Assembly: GCA_039024635.1 (NCBI GenBank)
Contig: JBCCQA010000017.1
Span: forward strand, 23,624-87,623
Length of the DNA: 64,000 nt
Direction of reading: 5' to 3'
Source: Myxococcota bacterium
Lineage (GTDB): Bacteria; Myxococcota; Kuafuiibacteriia; Kuafuiibacteriales; Kuafuiibacteriaceae
Part shown: piece after piece, positions 35,471 to 45,132 of the stretch
How the letters are laid out: every line of letters starts with the position of its first letter
Position numbering within the stretch: position 1 is the stretch's first letter
Made by a program: the position numbers and the translations under genes
Notes under the pieces: model-generated
Databases searched by the model: none
Told to the model about the DNA's origin: nothing
The model's input: only the letters and a program-made list of their open reading frames with translations

Positions 35471-36604
35471 GTGGAGCGCCGAGACGCTTCCGGCCGAGTT
35501 CGCTGCCCTCGTCGTTCGAAAACCGGAGCCCAGAGATTGACGACGGGTTCCATCGGCTTGGCCCGGCGGGCTCCGCGCTGGGGCACCGTCCTCGCTCCAG
35601 CGCTGCTGGGCACGATGATCGTGGGCGTTTGGCTGCGATGGGTCCTGGCAGGGTCGATGGCCCTTCCGATCCGGTTCGGCCATCTTCGTCATGCCCACTC
35701 GCATCTCGGCTACTTTGGACTGCTCTTCCCGCTCGCGTGGATGGGGTGGCGGGCGGCGGGGGCCCCTGCACCGGGCCGGCGTGCCCTCATGGCCTACGCT
35801 CTATGTACGGCTCTCGCATGCATCGGCTTCGTCCGGAGCGGTTACGGGCCCATCGCCATCGTCGGCAGCACCGCCGTGGCCGCCTTTTGGCTTTGGAGCA
35901 CCCGGCCCCTCCTCGGGCGACTTCAAGACCTCCAAGACCCGCTCGGCACGGTGCCCTTTGGCCTCGTGGCCTCTCTGGCCTGCGTGCCGCCCATTGCCCT
36001 GTACCTGCGCAGCGACCCCGAGCTGGCCCACGGATTCGTGTCGACCTTCCTTTCAGGTTTGCTACTGGTCGTGATCATTCCGTCGACGCTGGCCGCCCGC
36101 CGCGTCTCGGCCGGTCCTTGGCCCCTCTTCCTCGTCGGTGGAAGCCTAGGCTCACTCTATCTCGGCGTGGCCCCCTTCCCCCTGACCCGAGTCGGCTTGC
36201 TGGCCTACGCGGGCCTGATGGCCGCACCGGTCTTGTCCCCGCGTATGGAGCTGCACGTCCGCGGGACTTGGGCGCTCGTGGGCCTCGGCCTAGGGGCGAT
36301 GGCCGTGGGACTGCTCCCCAACCTTCGCCCTGTCGCCCTGGGCGCCATTCACTTTTTGATCCTCGGGCCGGTTCTTGGCTCTCTCGCGCCCCTGTGGCTC
36401 CATTGGTCCCCGCCTGGGTGGCTATGGTGCTTGGGCCACGCCAGCTGGGGCACGATGTCCGTCGCCCTCGTCCTTCAGGCCTTCGTAGCATCTCCTTGGA
36501 CGTGGACCATCGCTGCTCTCGGCGGGACGGCGACCCTTGTATGGTGGGCGCTGGTGCTGGTCTTCTCATCCGCACGGCACCGACGGGTTCTGCAGACTTC
36601 ATGA
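35471..36604 (+). CDS. Polytopic membrane protein (10-12 TM), possibly NnrS-like
   Basis: Hydrophobic throughout. HLRHAHSHLGYFGLLFPLAW and GAIHFLILGPV carry conserved-looking His residues. Its stop overlaps the ATG of the DUF438-like gene (ATGA). The start is uncertain (GTG 35471 or later). The NnrS assignment is tentative. Confidence 0.55.
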   Translation: MERRDASGRVRCPRRSKTGAQRLTTGSIGLARRAPRWGTVLAPALLGTMIVGVWLRWVLAGSMALPIRFGHLRHAHSHLGYFGLLFPLAWMGWRAAGAPAPGRRALMAYALCTALACIGFVRSGYGPIAIVGSTAVAAFWLWSTRPLLGRLQDLQDPLGTVPFGLVASLACVPPIALYLRSDPELAHGFVSTFLSGLLLVVIIPSTLAARRVSAGPWPLFLVGGSLGSLYLGVAPFPLTRVGLLAYAGLMAAPVLSPRMELHVRGTWALVGLGLGAMAVGLLPNLRPVALGAIHFLILGPVLGSLAPLWLHWSPPGWLWCLGHASWGTMSVALVLQAFVASPWTWTIAALGGTATLVWWALVLVFSSARHRRVLQTS

Positions 36605-37282
36605 GTGAGCTCATCGACAACCGCGCCCATCGGATTCGGGAGATGAAACGGATCATCCGAGGTCTTTACGAGGGCCAAGGGGTCGAGGACGTGAGGGAGG
36701 CCTTCAAGGCTGTCATCCGGAGCGCCGACGCGGGTGAAGTGGCGGCCATGGAGCAGGAGCTCCTGGCCGAAGGTCTTCCGGTACACGAGCTCATGATGAC
36801 CTGCGATCTGCACTCGGAAGTCGTGGGTGATCTTCTGGTCGAGCGGCCTCACGCCGACATTCAGCCTGGCCACCCCGTCGACGTCTTTCGGCGTGAAAAC
36901 CTTGCTCTCACCGAGCAGGTCGAGGCCTTGCAAATTGCTCTCGCCGCAGTCTTCGAGGGCCCCGGCGAGGAGCTCGTGACCGACGAAGCCTTGGGGCCGG
37001 CTCGTAGAGCCTTCAGCGGCTTGATGGACGTAGAAAAGCACTACGCCCTGTAAAGAGAACCTGCTCTTTCCCGTTCTCGAACGTCACGGGATCACGGGCC
37101 CCTCGACCGTCATGTGGGGCGAGGACGAGTTTTGGATCCAGCTGCACGAGCGATTCGTGCACATTCGCTATTTTGCGGTGCGGGACGAAGACGGCACCTA
37201 CCAGGGCACCTTGGAGGTGACCCAGGATCTGACCCATCAGCGTCAGCTCAGCGGGGAGCGGAGGCTGCTCGCCTATGACTGA
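36601..37282 (+). pseudogene. DUF438-family (DUF438/hemerythrin/PAS) gene, frameshifted and internally deleted
   Basis: MSELIDNRAHRIREMKRIIRGLYEG..MDVEKHYAL stops at 37051-37053. The +1 frame continues KENLLFPVLERHGITGPSTVMWGEDE.. and then jumps straight to ..VHIRYFAVRDEDGTYQGTLEVTQDLTHQRQLSGERRLLAYD (PAS tail). One extra T at about 37050 breaks the frame, and the hemerythrin-like centre is missing. Confidence 0.55.
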
Positions 37283-37844
37283 TCATGAGCCGACCCGACC
37301 GGACATCACGCCCCTTACGAAGATTGCCGATCTGCTCGAGGCCTACCCCGAGCTGGAAACGGTGCTCATCGAGACCGCGCCAGTTTTTGCGAGGCTCAGG
37401 AACCCAGTGCTGCGCGGGACGGTCGCAAAGGTCGCGACCATCGAGAGGGCCGCCGGCATCGTCGGGATTTCTGTGCGAGACCTCGTCCTCAGTCTGCGAC
37501 GGGCGTCGGGTCTCAGCCCGGTCGACGCGCTTCCATCGGGTCCTAGGCTCGAAGGCGCCGCATCGTTCTTGGCCCCGCCCTCCTGGGTGAAGACGGGCGC
37601 GGTCGTGGAGGTCTTCGATGTCGACGCCATGCTCGACGCCGGCCAAGTGCCTCTTGGGCCGGTGTTTCGTCGAGCTCGCAAGCTTCGACCGGGCGAGCTG
37701 GTTCGTGTCCTGTCGTCCTTCCTACCCACGCCCCTGTCGGAGAAGCTGGGCGAGCTCGGCCATCCGGTTCATTCGGTTCGGACGGGTCCTGAGGGCAGCG
37801 GGGGCTTCCATACGCACATCGGCCCTAGACCCGATCCGTCTTAA
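37275..37844 (+). CDS. DUF1858 plus DUF2249-like two-domain protein
   Basis: ITPLTKIADLLEAYPELETVLIETAPVFARLRNPVLRGTVAKVATIERAA matches the Cys-less DUF1858 pattern. The C-terminal FDVDAMLDAGQVPLGPVFRRARKLRPGELVRVLSSFLPTPL resembles DUF2249/TusA-like domains. Confidence 0.65.
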   Translation: MTDHEPTRPDITPLTKIADLLEAYPELETVLIETAPVFARLRNPVLRGTVAKVATIERAAGIVGISVRDLVLSLRRASGLSPVDALPSGPRLEGAASFLAPPSWVKTGAVVEVFDVDAMLDAGQVPLGPVFRRARKLRPGELVRVLSSFLPTPLSEKLGELGHPVHSVRTGPEGSGGFHTHIGPRPDPS

Positions 37845-37990
37845 GCCCCCCTGCTCGGCCCCTGCGGGCCGTCCCCTCTCCGAGGCGGTCCTGATGGGGT
37901 CCCAAACGGACATCACGCGCCAAACCCGGCCACGATTGGCATCCGTTGGTCCTCGACAGCACTGGTGCCGTTCGCGAATTTCCTCGCGTG

Positions 37991-38677
37991 ATGAACCGAA
38001 GCTGCATCGAAGCTGCGACCCTCGAAGACGCGCGCAGACGCTTCGCCCGTCGACCTCTTCCCGAGCGGCTTCGCATCCATCAGCCCGAGAAGAGCCACGT
38101 TCACCACCGGTTCGAGATATTGGAGATCGCGGACGGCCGCTTGGAGATTGACTGCGCCCAGGGCCGACTGCGCTTCGAGGAGCCCGGCGCCGTCATCGTC
38201 CGCCCAGGAACACCCCACGCCATAGTCGCCAGCGAGGGGCGGATCCTCCGCAGCTTCTCCGAAGACTACGCCGCCCCTTCGCCCTTCTCGGAGATCTTGC
38301 GGGCCGTCATCCATCCTGCAGTTCGGCGAGCCATGGCCTTCATCGTCAGCAATCTGCACCGGAAGGTCGTGCTCGATGAGCTCTCGGCCAAAGTCGGCTT
38401 GAGCAAATTTCATCTTTGTCGGCGCTTTACGTCGGAGCTGGGGCGCTCGCCGTCCAACTTCCATCGGGACATGCGTCTCGACACCTCCTACCGCCTCATC
38501 CAGGAAGGTCGAGGCCTGTCGCAGCCAACCACCATCCTCCTGTTCTGCGATCAGAGCCACTTCATCCGCAGCTTTCGACGGAACTTCGGCCGCACCCCGG
38601 GGCGACTGCGGGCCGCCCATCCCGAGTGGTCCGCTGCGCGCTGGCAGCCTGAAGGCCCCCTCCGACAGGTCGTCTAG
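37991..38677 (+). CDS. AraC family transcriptional regulator (cupin N-terminus)
   Basis: ORF 37946..38677 (TTG). ATG 37991 preferred. LSAKVGLSKFHLCRRFTSELGRSPSNF..CDQSHFIRSFRRNFGRTPGRL. Confidence 0.8.
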   Translation: MNRSCIEAATLEDARRRFARRPLPERLRIHQPEKSHVHHRFEILEIADGRLEIDCAQGRLRFEEPGAVIVRPGTPHAIVASEGRILRSFSEDYAAPSPFSEILRAVIHPAVRRAMAFIVSNLHRKVVLDELSAKVGLSKFHLCRRFTSELGRSPSNFHRDMRLDTSYRLIQEGRGLSQPTTILLFCDQSHFIRSFRRNFGRTPGRLRAAHPEWSAARWQPEGPLRQVV

Positions 38678-38872
38678 CCCGGCGCTACATCGGGCTTGTG
38701 CTTCGGATTCACCCTTAGCATCTCACCCTCCGGGGGACATTTTGCGCCACATCGAGGCGCATCCCGGCGTCGTCAAGTCCTCGACACCTCGAACGCCACT
38801 GCGCGAATTTCTCCCTCGATGGCGGCTGCGGCGCAGGACTGGCGGGAGGATCCTCTGGGCGAAGGGCCCTCG

Positions 38873-39877
38873 ATGCACGCCGGCCATTCGGAGTCTGGGA
38901 TCATCGCCGCATCAACCGCCGCCTTCGCGATCGACCTCGGCATTCCGATCCTAGACCTGCAGAGGGCCTCGGGCTTGGACCTAGCCCGCCTGATGGACAC
39001 TTTCGCGCGAAAGCCCGACGACACGACGGCTCGGCTCTGGCAACTCATCTCGAAGGAGCGGCCGGACCTGTGTCCGCTGGAAAAGGCCCGGACCGCCGCT
39101 CTAACGACGCTCCCCGTGGCCGAAGCTCTTCCCTTCGCCTCGACACTCTCGGAGATCTTGGAGTTCCTGGTCGATGCGGCCCCGGCCATCTCCGATCGCC
39201 TGGACATGTCTTTGCACTACGCCGAATCCGAGGTTCGTCTGGTGTTCTCGCATCCGAGTGAGGAGCTCGACGATGGCCGAACCTCGGAGGTCGGCGCCGG
39301 CATCTTCTATCGCTCGATCAGGGCCTCCCTGGAGCAGCTCGTTCCCCTCAAGAGAGTCCAGCTTCGGAATCGGCCCCACGGGCGGCTCGAGGGCTACCAG
39401 GCGACCTTCGACACCGAGATGCAGTTCAACGCGCCTGAGACCGCACTCTGCTTCGACCTGGAGTCCCTGCTGCAGACGACCCGGCTCGGAAACGCCGAGG
39501 TCTTCGCCCACGTCAAGAAGGCCTTTCTGGACCGCAAGAGCACCCAGTTTGGCGCTCGAGATGATCGTTTCTCGCGGCTTTGCGCCGCCGTTTCGGAGAA
39601 CGCCCAGAAGGGAGAGTTCCGTGCCGTCGCGGGCGCGCGCAAAGCCCACATGAGCCTTCGGACCGCCCAGAGAGTTGCGGCGGAACACGACGTGGCCCTA
39701 TCCAGCTTGGTCGCCAATGTCCGCATGGAGCAGGGAGCGCGCCTCCTTCGACAACCTCAGCTGTCGACGATGGACGTCGCCGTAGCTTTGGGCTACTCAG
39801 ACGACCGCGCTTTTCGGCGGGCCTTCAAGAAGTGGTGTGGTCGAACACCGATGGCCTACCGCAAGGAGAATCGCTGA
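38873..39877 (+). CDS. AraC family regulator with Arabinose_bd-type N-terminal domain
   Basis: ORF 38696..39877. ATG 38873 (MHAGHSESGIIAASTAAFAIDLGIPILDL..) chosen by analogy with the paralogue. ATG 38819 is also possible. The C-terminus is VAVALGYSDDRAFRRAFKKWCGRTPMAYR. Confidence 0.75.
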   Translation: MHAGHSESGIIAASTAAFAIDLGIPILDLQRASGLDLARLMDTFARKPDDTTARLWQLISKERPDLCPLEKARTAALTTLPVAEALPFASTLSEILEFLVDAAPAISDRLDMSLHYAESEVRLVFSHPSEELDDGRTSEVGAGIFYRSIRASLEQLVPLKRVQLRNRPHGRLEGYQATFDTEMQFNAPETALCFDLESLLQTTRLGNAEVFAHVKKAFLDRKSTQFGARDDRFSRLCAAVSENAQKGEFRAVAGARKAHMSLRTAQRVAAEHDVALSSLVANVRMEQGARLLRQPQLSTMDVAVALGYSDDRAFRRAFKKWCGRTPMAYRKENR

Positions 39878-40264
39878 GGCGCTGGCTAGACTTCACAGCA
39901 CCCGTCGCGTGTCGAGGCAGACGAGGATTCTATGGGCACCAAGTGAAGCTTGATGAAGCTTGGGGGGGGGAGGGCGCTCAGGTCCGTCTCCTGACGTCAG
40001 TACGTGAGCAGGACCAGCTTGCCCCCGCCTGCATAAGACCTGGGTAACTTACCCTAGTTACTAGCCGACATAGGTCGCGAGTCGACGTTATTGGCACAAC
40101 CGGTCCCATTCAAACGAACGTTCGAGGCTGCGCCGTCGAGTCGTTTCCGCCACGCTGACACCGTGGCAAAGCCGTTTGAGCTACAGAGCACGGCCCTCGG
40201 GCTTGGCTCTGAGCGCTCGCTAAGCCACAGCCTTGTTCGCCAAGCGCTCGGGCGCCGGGCCACC

Positions 40265-41296
40265 ATGACCTCCGAAGCCCTGGCAGGAATGTCTGCCTTT
40301 GCGTTGTCGCGGGGCATGTCGGAGGGGAGCCTGCAGCGGATTACGGGGATGGACCTGGCTGACGTCGTGCTTCCAAAGGGGGACAGAGTCCCCGACCACT
40401 TGCCCAATTCTATCTTGGCTCAGTTGATCAAGGACAATCCAGGCATCATCCATCTCGATGCAGAGCGGACCATTCCAACGACGCACCTTGCAAGCTTTGT
40501 TGACGGCATGCGGGTGGCGAGCAGCGTAAGGGATGGCTTTCGCTTGTTCGTCGAGAATACCGCCCTAATCGCGGGTCGTTTGGAGATGGACCTCGAGGAA
40601 TCGGACGGTGAAGTTCGCCTTCGGACATGGCATCCATCCCGCCTTCTCGACAATGGGCTGTTGGGTGAAGTGTCCATGTTGGTCCTCAAACGTGTCTTTG
40701 TTGAATACTTGGGACTTCGCGGAAGCATCAAGCGGGTCGATCTGCGTTACGGTCGAAAAGACGTCCGCTCAGACTATGCCGCGAGCTTTGAGGCTCCGAT
40801 TCGGATGGGGCAGGCTTGCGACGCGCTCGTTTTCTATCCAGAGGCCTTGGATGTAGTTCCGGTCAACGCCGATGCTCTGGCGTTCGAAGTGTTTCGAGAG
40901 TCTCTCCACGAAGCCCAGGTCCGCCAGCTGGTGGCCGGAGACCCAAATCACTCTCGGCTCATCCAGCTTTGCCAGGCGATCGCGGCCAATGCCGTTCATG
41001 GTGAGTTCTCGGTCGATGCGGCAGTGGCCCGTGCCCACATGAGTCTTCGGACCGCCCAGCGCTTGATGTCCAGCGTCGGCCTCAGTCTGGGCACCGCCAT
41101 CGAAGCTGTTCGAAGCGAGATGTCAATCAAGCTGCTTTCGGACCCCGCGCTGACCTACGAAGAGATTGCGATCCATTTAGGGTACTCTGACCTTCGCTCC
41201 TTTCGTAGAGCTTTTTCGAGGTGGACCAACACGACGCCTGCTCGTTTCCGGTCGAGTCAGGTCAACACCTCGGCCAAGAACGCATCCATGGTTTGA
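40265..41296 (+). CDS. AraC family regulator with Arabinose_bd-type N-terminal domain (paralogue of 38873-39877)
   Basis: ORF 40091..41296. ATG 40265 (MTSEALAGMSAFALSRGMSEGSLQRITGMDL..) preferred. The C-terminus is IAIHLGYSDLRSFRRAFSRWTNTTPARFR. It shares ARAHMSLRTAQR with the upstream paralogue (AR-K-AHMSLRTAQR). Confidence 0.75.
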   Translation: MTSEALAGMSAFALSRGMSEGSLQRITGMDLADVVLPKGDRVPDHLPNSILAQLIKDNPGIIHLDAERTIPTTHLASFVDGMRVASSVRDGFRLFVENTALIAGRLEMDLEESDGEVRLRTWHPSRLLDNGLLGEVSMLVLKRVFVEYLGLRGSIKRVDLRYGRKDVRSDYAASFEAPIRMGQACDALVFYPEALDVVPVNADALAFEVFRESLHEAQVRQLVAGDPNHSRLIQLCQAIAANAVHGEFSVDAAVARAHMSLRTAQRLMSSVGLSLGTAIEAVRSEMSIKLLSDPALTYEEIAIHLGYSDLRSFRRAFSRWTNTTPARFRSSQVNTSAKNASMV

Positions 41297-41964
41297 TAGG
41301 CCCGCTTTGACGCCACTTTTGAGTACTGGACACCGAGTTCCGGACTGTTGGCGCTGGGCAAAGTGAACGCGTGCTGTGTGTGGCCGAAAGCGTGTATCTG
41401 CCAATCGGCCCCGGCATTTGTCATCTCTTCGGCAAAAGTCAGCATGGCTTCCGGCGGTGCCATCCGATCCTCGTAGCCGTGAAGGGCCAAGACTTTGGCT
41501 TTGATTTCCTGGTTCATGGTTGGTCGGGGGCTTAGCAGGCCGTGAATACTGCAGACGCCCTGAAGCTCGAGGCCTTCTCTAGCCATGTCGAGGACTGTGA
41601 GGCCTCCGAAACAGTATCCGATTGCAGCCACCCTGGACTGATCGACCCTAGGGTGCGCCTTGACGGCATCCAGGCCCGCGCGGACTCGCCTCATCAGTGC
41701 GGGTCGGTCTTGGACGAGCGGCTCCATGAGGGCCCTACACTCCTCCGGCGTCTCGCCTAGGATACCCTTGCCGTACACGTCGAGCGCAAACCCGGCATAG
41801 CCTAAGCCCGTTAGGCGGTGAGCTTGTTCTCGTTCGAAATCGGTCTGTCCGAACCAAGCATGGGCAACGATGACCAACGGTCGGGGATCGTCGCCCCCTG
41901 GAAGCTGGAGATGTCCCTCGAAATCAACGCCTCCTTCCGAATAGGAGAGTCTTGCGGTCGCCAT
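41257..41964 (-). CDS. Dienelactone hydrolase family protein
   Basis: ORF 41257..41994. ATG 41964. RPLVIVAHAWFGQTDFEREQAHRLTGLGYAGFALDVYGKG, nucleophile region IGYCFGG, C-terminal HAFGHTQHAF. Confidence 0.8.
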   Translation of the reverse strand: MATARLSYSEGGVDFEGHLQLPGGDDPRPLVIVAHAWFGQTDFEREQAHRLTGLGYAGFALDVYGKGILGETPEECRALMEPLVQDRPALMRRVRAGLDAVKAHPRVDQSRVAAIGYCFGGLTVLDMAREGLELQGVCSIHGLLSPRPTMNQEIKAKVLALHGYEDRMAPPEAMLTFAEEMTNAGADWQIHAFGHTQHAFTLPSANSPELGVQYSKVASKRAYQTMDAFLAEVLT

Positions 41965-42111
41965 GGCGGGCCAATAACAACTGGTTGAGATCATGCCCAG
42001 ATGGGAGCCCGAGAAAGCTCATTCGGGGACCTTCTTCATAACCTCAGGAGATCAGCTCACTGCCGTTCGGTCTGAGGGGTCGGTGCGCGCCACGACTGAA
42101 GACGCTCCTCG

Positions 42112-42930
42112 TCACCAGGTGACCCGGACCATTTGACGCATTCGAGTGGGCCGGCCGTTGACGTCGAGACCGGGCTCCCAGTTCTTTCCCGCCGCGCAGC
42201 GTCGCGCCTCGCGTCCGAAGCCAAAGCCTGGCTCTTCTTTGATCCGGACCCGGAGCATGCGGCCCCTTTCGTCGACTTCGACCTCCAAAATCACGGCCGC
42301 TTTGGTCACCCCGGCCGCCCGAGCGTCGGGGGGTAGAGGACAGTCCCAGCGGGAGCCTCCGGCCAGTCGAGGGGGCCGGGACAGATCGGCGCCCAGGGTG
42401 CTGCCGGTGCCGCCTTCAACGCCGCCGGCTCGTGCCCGCGTGTCTCGAACCGCCTTCTCCGAGGTCCCGCCTGCTTCGGTCACCCCGCCAGCGTAGCTCT
42501 TGGCCGTCCCCACGACGAAGGCGTCCCCGAAGTCCACGATCTCCTCTTCGGAGGTCATGACCTTGCCCGCTTGGGCCGCGGCGGGGGGCGGAGCCGCTTC
42601 GGGAGGCGGGGTTTCGGAGGCGGGCTTCGGAGGCGGCGGCGGGGCCTTCACGGCTTTGGGCGGAGTCGTGGGTTTGGGTGGGGGAGGGGGCTCGGCCTCC
42701 GCCTCGGCCTTTGGCTCTGGCTTCGGCTCCGGCGTTTCGATCTCGATGAGTTCGCTGACCTTCATCGAGACCCGCGACTCCCGTTCGGACCCAGCATCGA
42801 GGTTCACGGCGGCCCAGCCCGCGACGGTATGGCAGAACAAGGCGATCGCCAGCGACACCGCCAGCGGCTTGGAGGACTTGGGCGGTGGGCGATCGAAGAG
42901 CCCGCAGCGGTGGACCTCACTCACCGCCAC
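42112..42930 (-). CDS. tonB: Energy transducer TonB
   Basis: N-terminal anchor LAVSLAIALFCHTVAGWAAV, Pro-rich spacer PEPKPEPKAEAEAEPPPPPKPTTPPKAVKAPPPPPKP, TonB_C-like end GVTKAAVILEVEVDERGRMLRVRI..GRPTRMRQMVRVTW. Confidence 0.85.
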   Translation of the reverse strand: MAVSEVHRCGLFDRPPPKSSKPLAVSLAIALFCHTVAGWAAVNLDAGSERESRVSMKVSELIEIETPEPKPEPKAEAEAEPPPPPKPTTPPKAVKAPPPPPKPASETPPPEAAPPPAAAQAGKVMTSEEEIVDFGDAFVVGTAKSYAGGVTEAGGTSEKAVRDTRARAGGVEGGTGSTLGADLSRPPRLAGGSRWDCPLPPDARAAGVTKAAVILEVEVDERGRMLRVRIKEEPGFGFGREARRCAAGKNWEPGLDVNGRPTRMRQMVRVTW

Positions 42931-43345
42931 CCTCTATTGGCGGGGCAGGGTCCACGCCAAAGGCGATCCGGGCCAAACCGGCCTGACGTAGGGCGTCGAC
43001 CGCCGCCATGACCCTTCGGTGCGGGACTTCTCCATCGGCCTGGACGACGGCCCGCACCTCGGCCGAGCGTTCGAGCGCGGCCTTCGCACTTTTAAAGATG
43101 GCCTGGACGTCCTCGACCGTTTCGCCATCGACCAAGGTGCTGCCGTCCGCGGCCAGGCTCACGCTGAAGACCTGCTGGACCTCGCCACCGGTCGCGGCCT
43201 TGGGCAGGTCCATGGGGATCGCGTTGGAGACGACCAGCTTGGCCGTGACCATGAAGATGATGAGCAGCACCAGCACGATATCGACTAGGGGCGTGACGTT
43301 GATGCCGGTGATGGGGACACCGCGCCGATGTGATGAGCCCGCCAT
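42917..43345 (-). CDS. exbD: Biopolymer transport protein ExbD/TolR
   Basis: 142 aa. INVTPLVDIVLVLLIIFMVT is the family signature. Confidence 0.85.
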   Translation of the reverse strand: MAGSSHRRGVPITGINVTPLVDIVLVLLIIFMVTAKLVVSNAIPMDLPKAATGGEVQQVFSVSLAADGSTLVDGETVEDVQAIFKSAKAALERSAEVRAVVQADGEVPHRRVMAAVDALRQAGLARIAFGVDPAPPIEGGGE

Positions 43346-43348
43346 GCC

Positions 43349-44050
43349 TCAGTCCCCGGCCGACGGACGTCCCTCGAGGTGGGAGAGGAGCAGGTGGCCC
43401 AAGGTCTCACCGTCGTCGAGGATCCCGTTGATGCGGTTCTGGAAGTAGTTGTAGCTCGCCACGGCGGGTATGGCGACGATGAGCCCGACCGCGGTCGCCA
43501 CCAGGGCCTCGGCAATCGTGCTCATGACCCGTTCAGGTGCGAGAGAGGTGGCAGCCTTCATCGCGTCGCTCATCGCGGCGGGCTTGCCGAGCTCATCGAA
43601 TGCGCCGACGACGCCGATCACCGTACCCAACAGCCCCACGAAAGGGGCGTTGTTGCCGACCGTCCCCAGGATGATGAGGCGCTTCTCAAGGCGTCGGCGC
43701 TCGAGTCCGCTGGCGGCGGCTAGGGCCTCCTTGGCTGCTGCAGGGCCACCCTCCGCTTCGGCGAGCCCGGCGGCGACGATGCGCGCGGCCACCGAGCCTC
43801 GACCATTGAGCAAGTCCTCTGCGCCAGACAGGTCTTGCTCTCGAAGCAGGGTGCGAAGGGCTGGCAAGACCGCCCCCATGTCCTCTTCTGCGCTTCGAAG
43901 GACCCAGACTCTCTCCAAAGCGACAGCCACGCAGAGGACGCTCAGGGCAATGAGGAGCCACAGCACCCAGGCGGCGCCAGACTGGACCATGATTTCGGTA
44001 AGTGATTCGATCATCGTGACTATCGGGTCTTTCTTGGCTCGGGCCTTCAT
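43349..44050 (-). CDS. exbB: MotA/TolQ/ExbB proton channel protein
   Basis: ORF 43349..44215. ATG 44050 preferred (MKARAKKDPIVTMIESL..). LGTVGNNAPFVGLLGTVIGVVGAF..ALVATAVGLIVAIPAVASYNYF. Confidence 0.85.
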   Translation of the reverse strand: MKARAKKDPIVTMIESLTEIMVQSGAAWVLWLLIALSVLCVAVALERVWVLRSAEEDMGAVLPALRTLLREQDLSGAEDLLNGRGSVAARIVAAGLAEAEGGPAAAKEALAAASGLERRRLEKRLIILGTVGNNAPFVGLLGTVIGVVGAFDELGKPAAMSDAMKAATSLAPERVMSTIAEALVATAVGLIVAIPAVASYNYFQNRINGILDDGETLGHLLLSHLEGRPSAGD

Positions 44051-44266
44051 CACGCTTCGGCGCGCGAAGGCCGGGCCCCCCCGTTCCAGAACCCCCGTCG
44101 CCTTGCGCGCCCTAAGCGCCCAGCGAGACGGAAGCGCCTCTATCGTCATCCAACAAGAGCGCCGTATCCGGGGTGTTCGTGGACGTCCAGAACGCTCGCC
44201 GCCCGAAGCCGCCATGCGCGCTTCTTCGCGAGTTGGGGGCGCACCCCCTCTTCTCTAGGCGAGCCC

Positions 44267-44971
44267 TCATCGGACGAGGACCGAGTATTCGGTGCCCGAC
44301 TTGAAGGGGAGAAGGGTGGAGGCGAAGCCGTTCGATGGGTCCCGCATGTGGTTCACGTACGCACGGTAGTTGGCCGGGAAGGTGCCGACGTTGTCGGTCA
44401 GGACGATGGAGCCCAGCCGAAGCGCGGGGCGAAGAAGGTGGACGATCTCCAGCGCCAGCCCGGGAAATCCGTCGTTCAGCAAGAAGTCGACGGGTCCCTC
44501 GAGCGCCTCGAGCGTGGAGCGAGCGTCCCCAACCCGCATGTCGACGTAGTCGTCCAGTCCTGCCTCGGCCAGGTAGGCCATGGCCCGTTCCGCCTTGGAC
44601 GGGACGAGCTCGGTCCCGATGACCTGGCCTTCACTTCCGCCATCTCGAAGCGCGGCCGCCAACCAGATGGTGGATACGCCGAAGGAAGAGCCGAACTCGA
44701 CGACGCGTCGGGCTTGGATGGCCCGTACGGTCTGGTAGCAGAAGGCTCCTTGGGCGGGTTCGAGGGCGATGAACTTGTCGGCGTAGAAGCCGCTGGCGTC
44801 CTCGTCTCGAAACTCGATCGGCTTTCCGAGCCATAGTCCAGGCAGACTCGGAAGGTAGTGAGCTAGCAGTCTTGGTAGCTGTCGCGACGCTTCCTGGTGC
44901 AGCCGTCGCAGGACCTCGACCACCTTCGGGTCGTCGAGCACGGAGAAGGGGTCCGGCGAGCGCACCTTCAC
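44267..44971 (-). CDS. Class I SAM-dependent O-methyltransferase (catechol-OMT-like)
   Basis: RRVVEFGSSFGVSTIWLAAAL (SAM motif I), ..FLLNDGFP... Same strand as, and directly upstream of, exbB. Confidence 0.7.
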   Translation of the reverse strand: MKVRSPDPFSVLDDPKVVEVLRRLHQEASRQLPRLLAHYLPSLPGLWLGKPIEFRDEDASGFYADKFIALEPAQGAFCYQTVRAIQARRVVEFGSSFGVSTIWLAAALRDGGSEGQVIGTELVPSKAERAMAYLAEAGLDDYVDMRVGDARSTLEALEGPVDFLLNDGFPGLALEIVHLLRPALRLGSIVLTDNVGTFPANYRAYVNHMRDPSNGFASTLLPFKSGTEYSVLVR

Positions 44972-45132
44972 GGCCGGGCTCCCCGCGAGGATCGACGATG
45001 CTCAATGGCAAGCACCAGGGAAGCGGACAGGTCGATGGGCTCGCCCCTGCCAAAGCAAACGAAGTCGTGTCGGCTCGGGGTCCCCGCGGACGAGGGTGCC
45101 TGTCCTGATGAATTCACACCTACATTCCTCCC

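Noticed and set aside
35629-36600. First two thirds of the 474-aa ORF 35629..37053 (Arg/Pro/Gly-rich).
   Set aside because: It is an out-of-frame shadow of the polytopic membrane protein gene 35471-36604. Its composition is typical of wrong-frame translation of GC-rich DNA. Only the last 150 codons or so (from ATG 36601) show family-like sequence.
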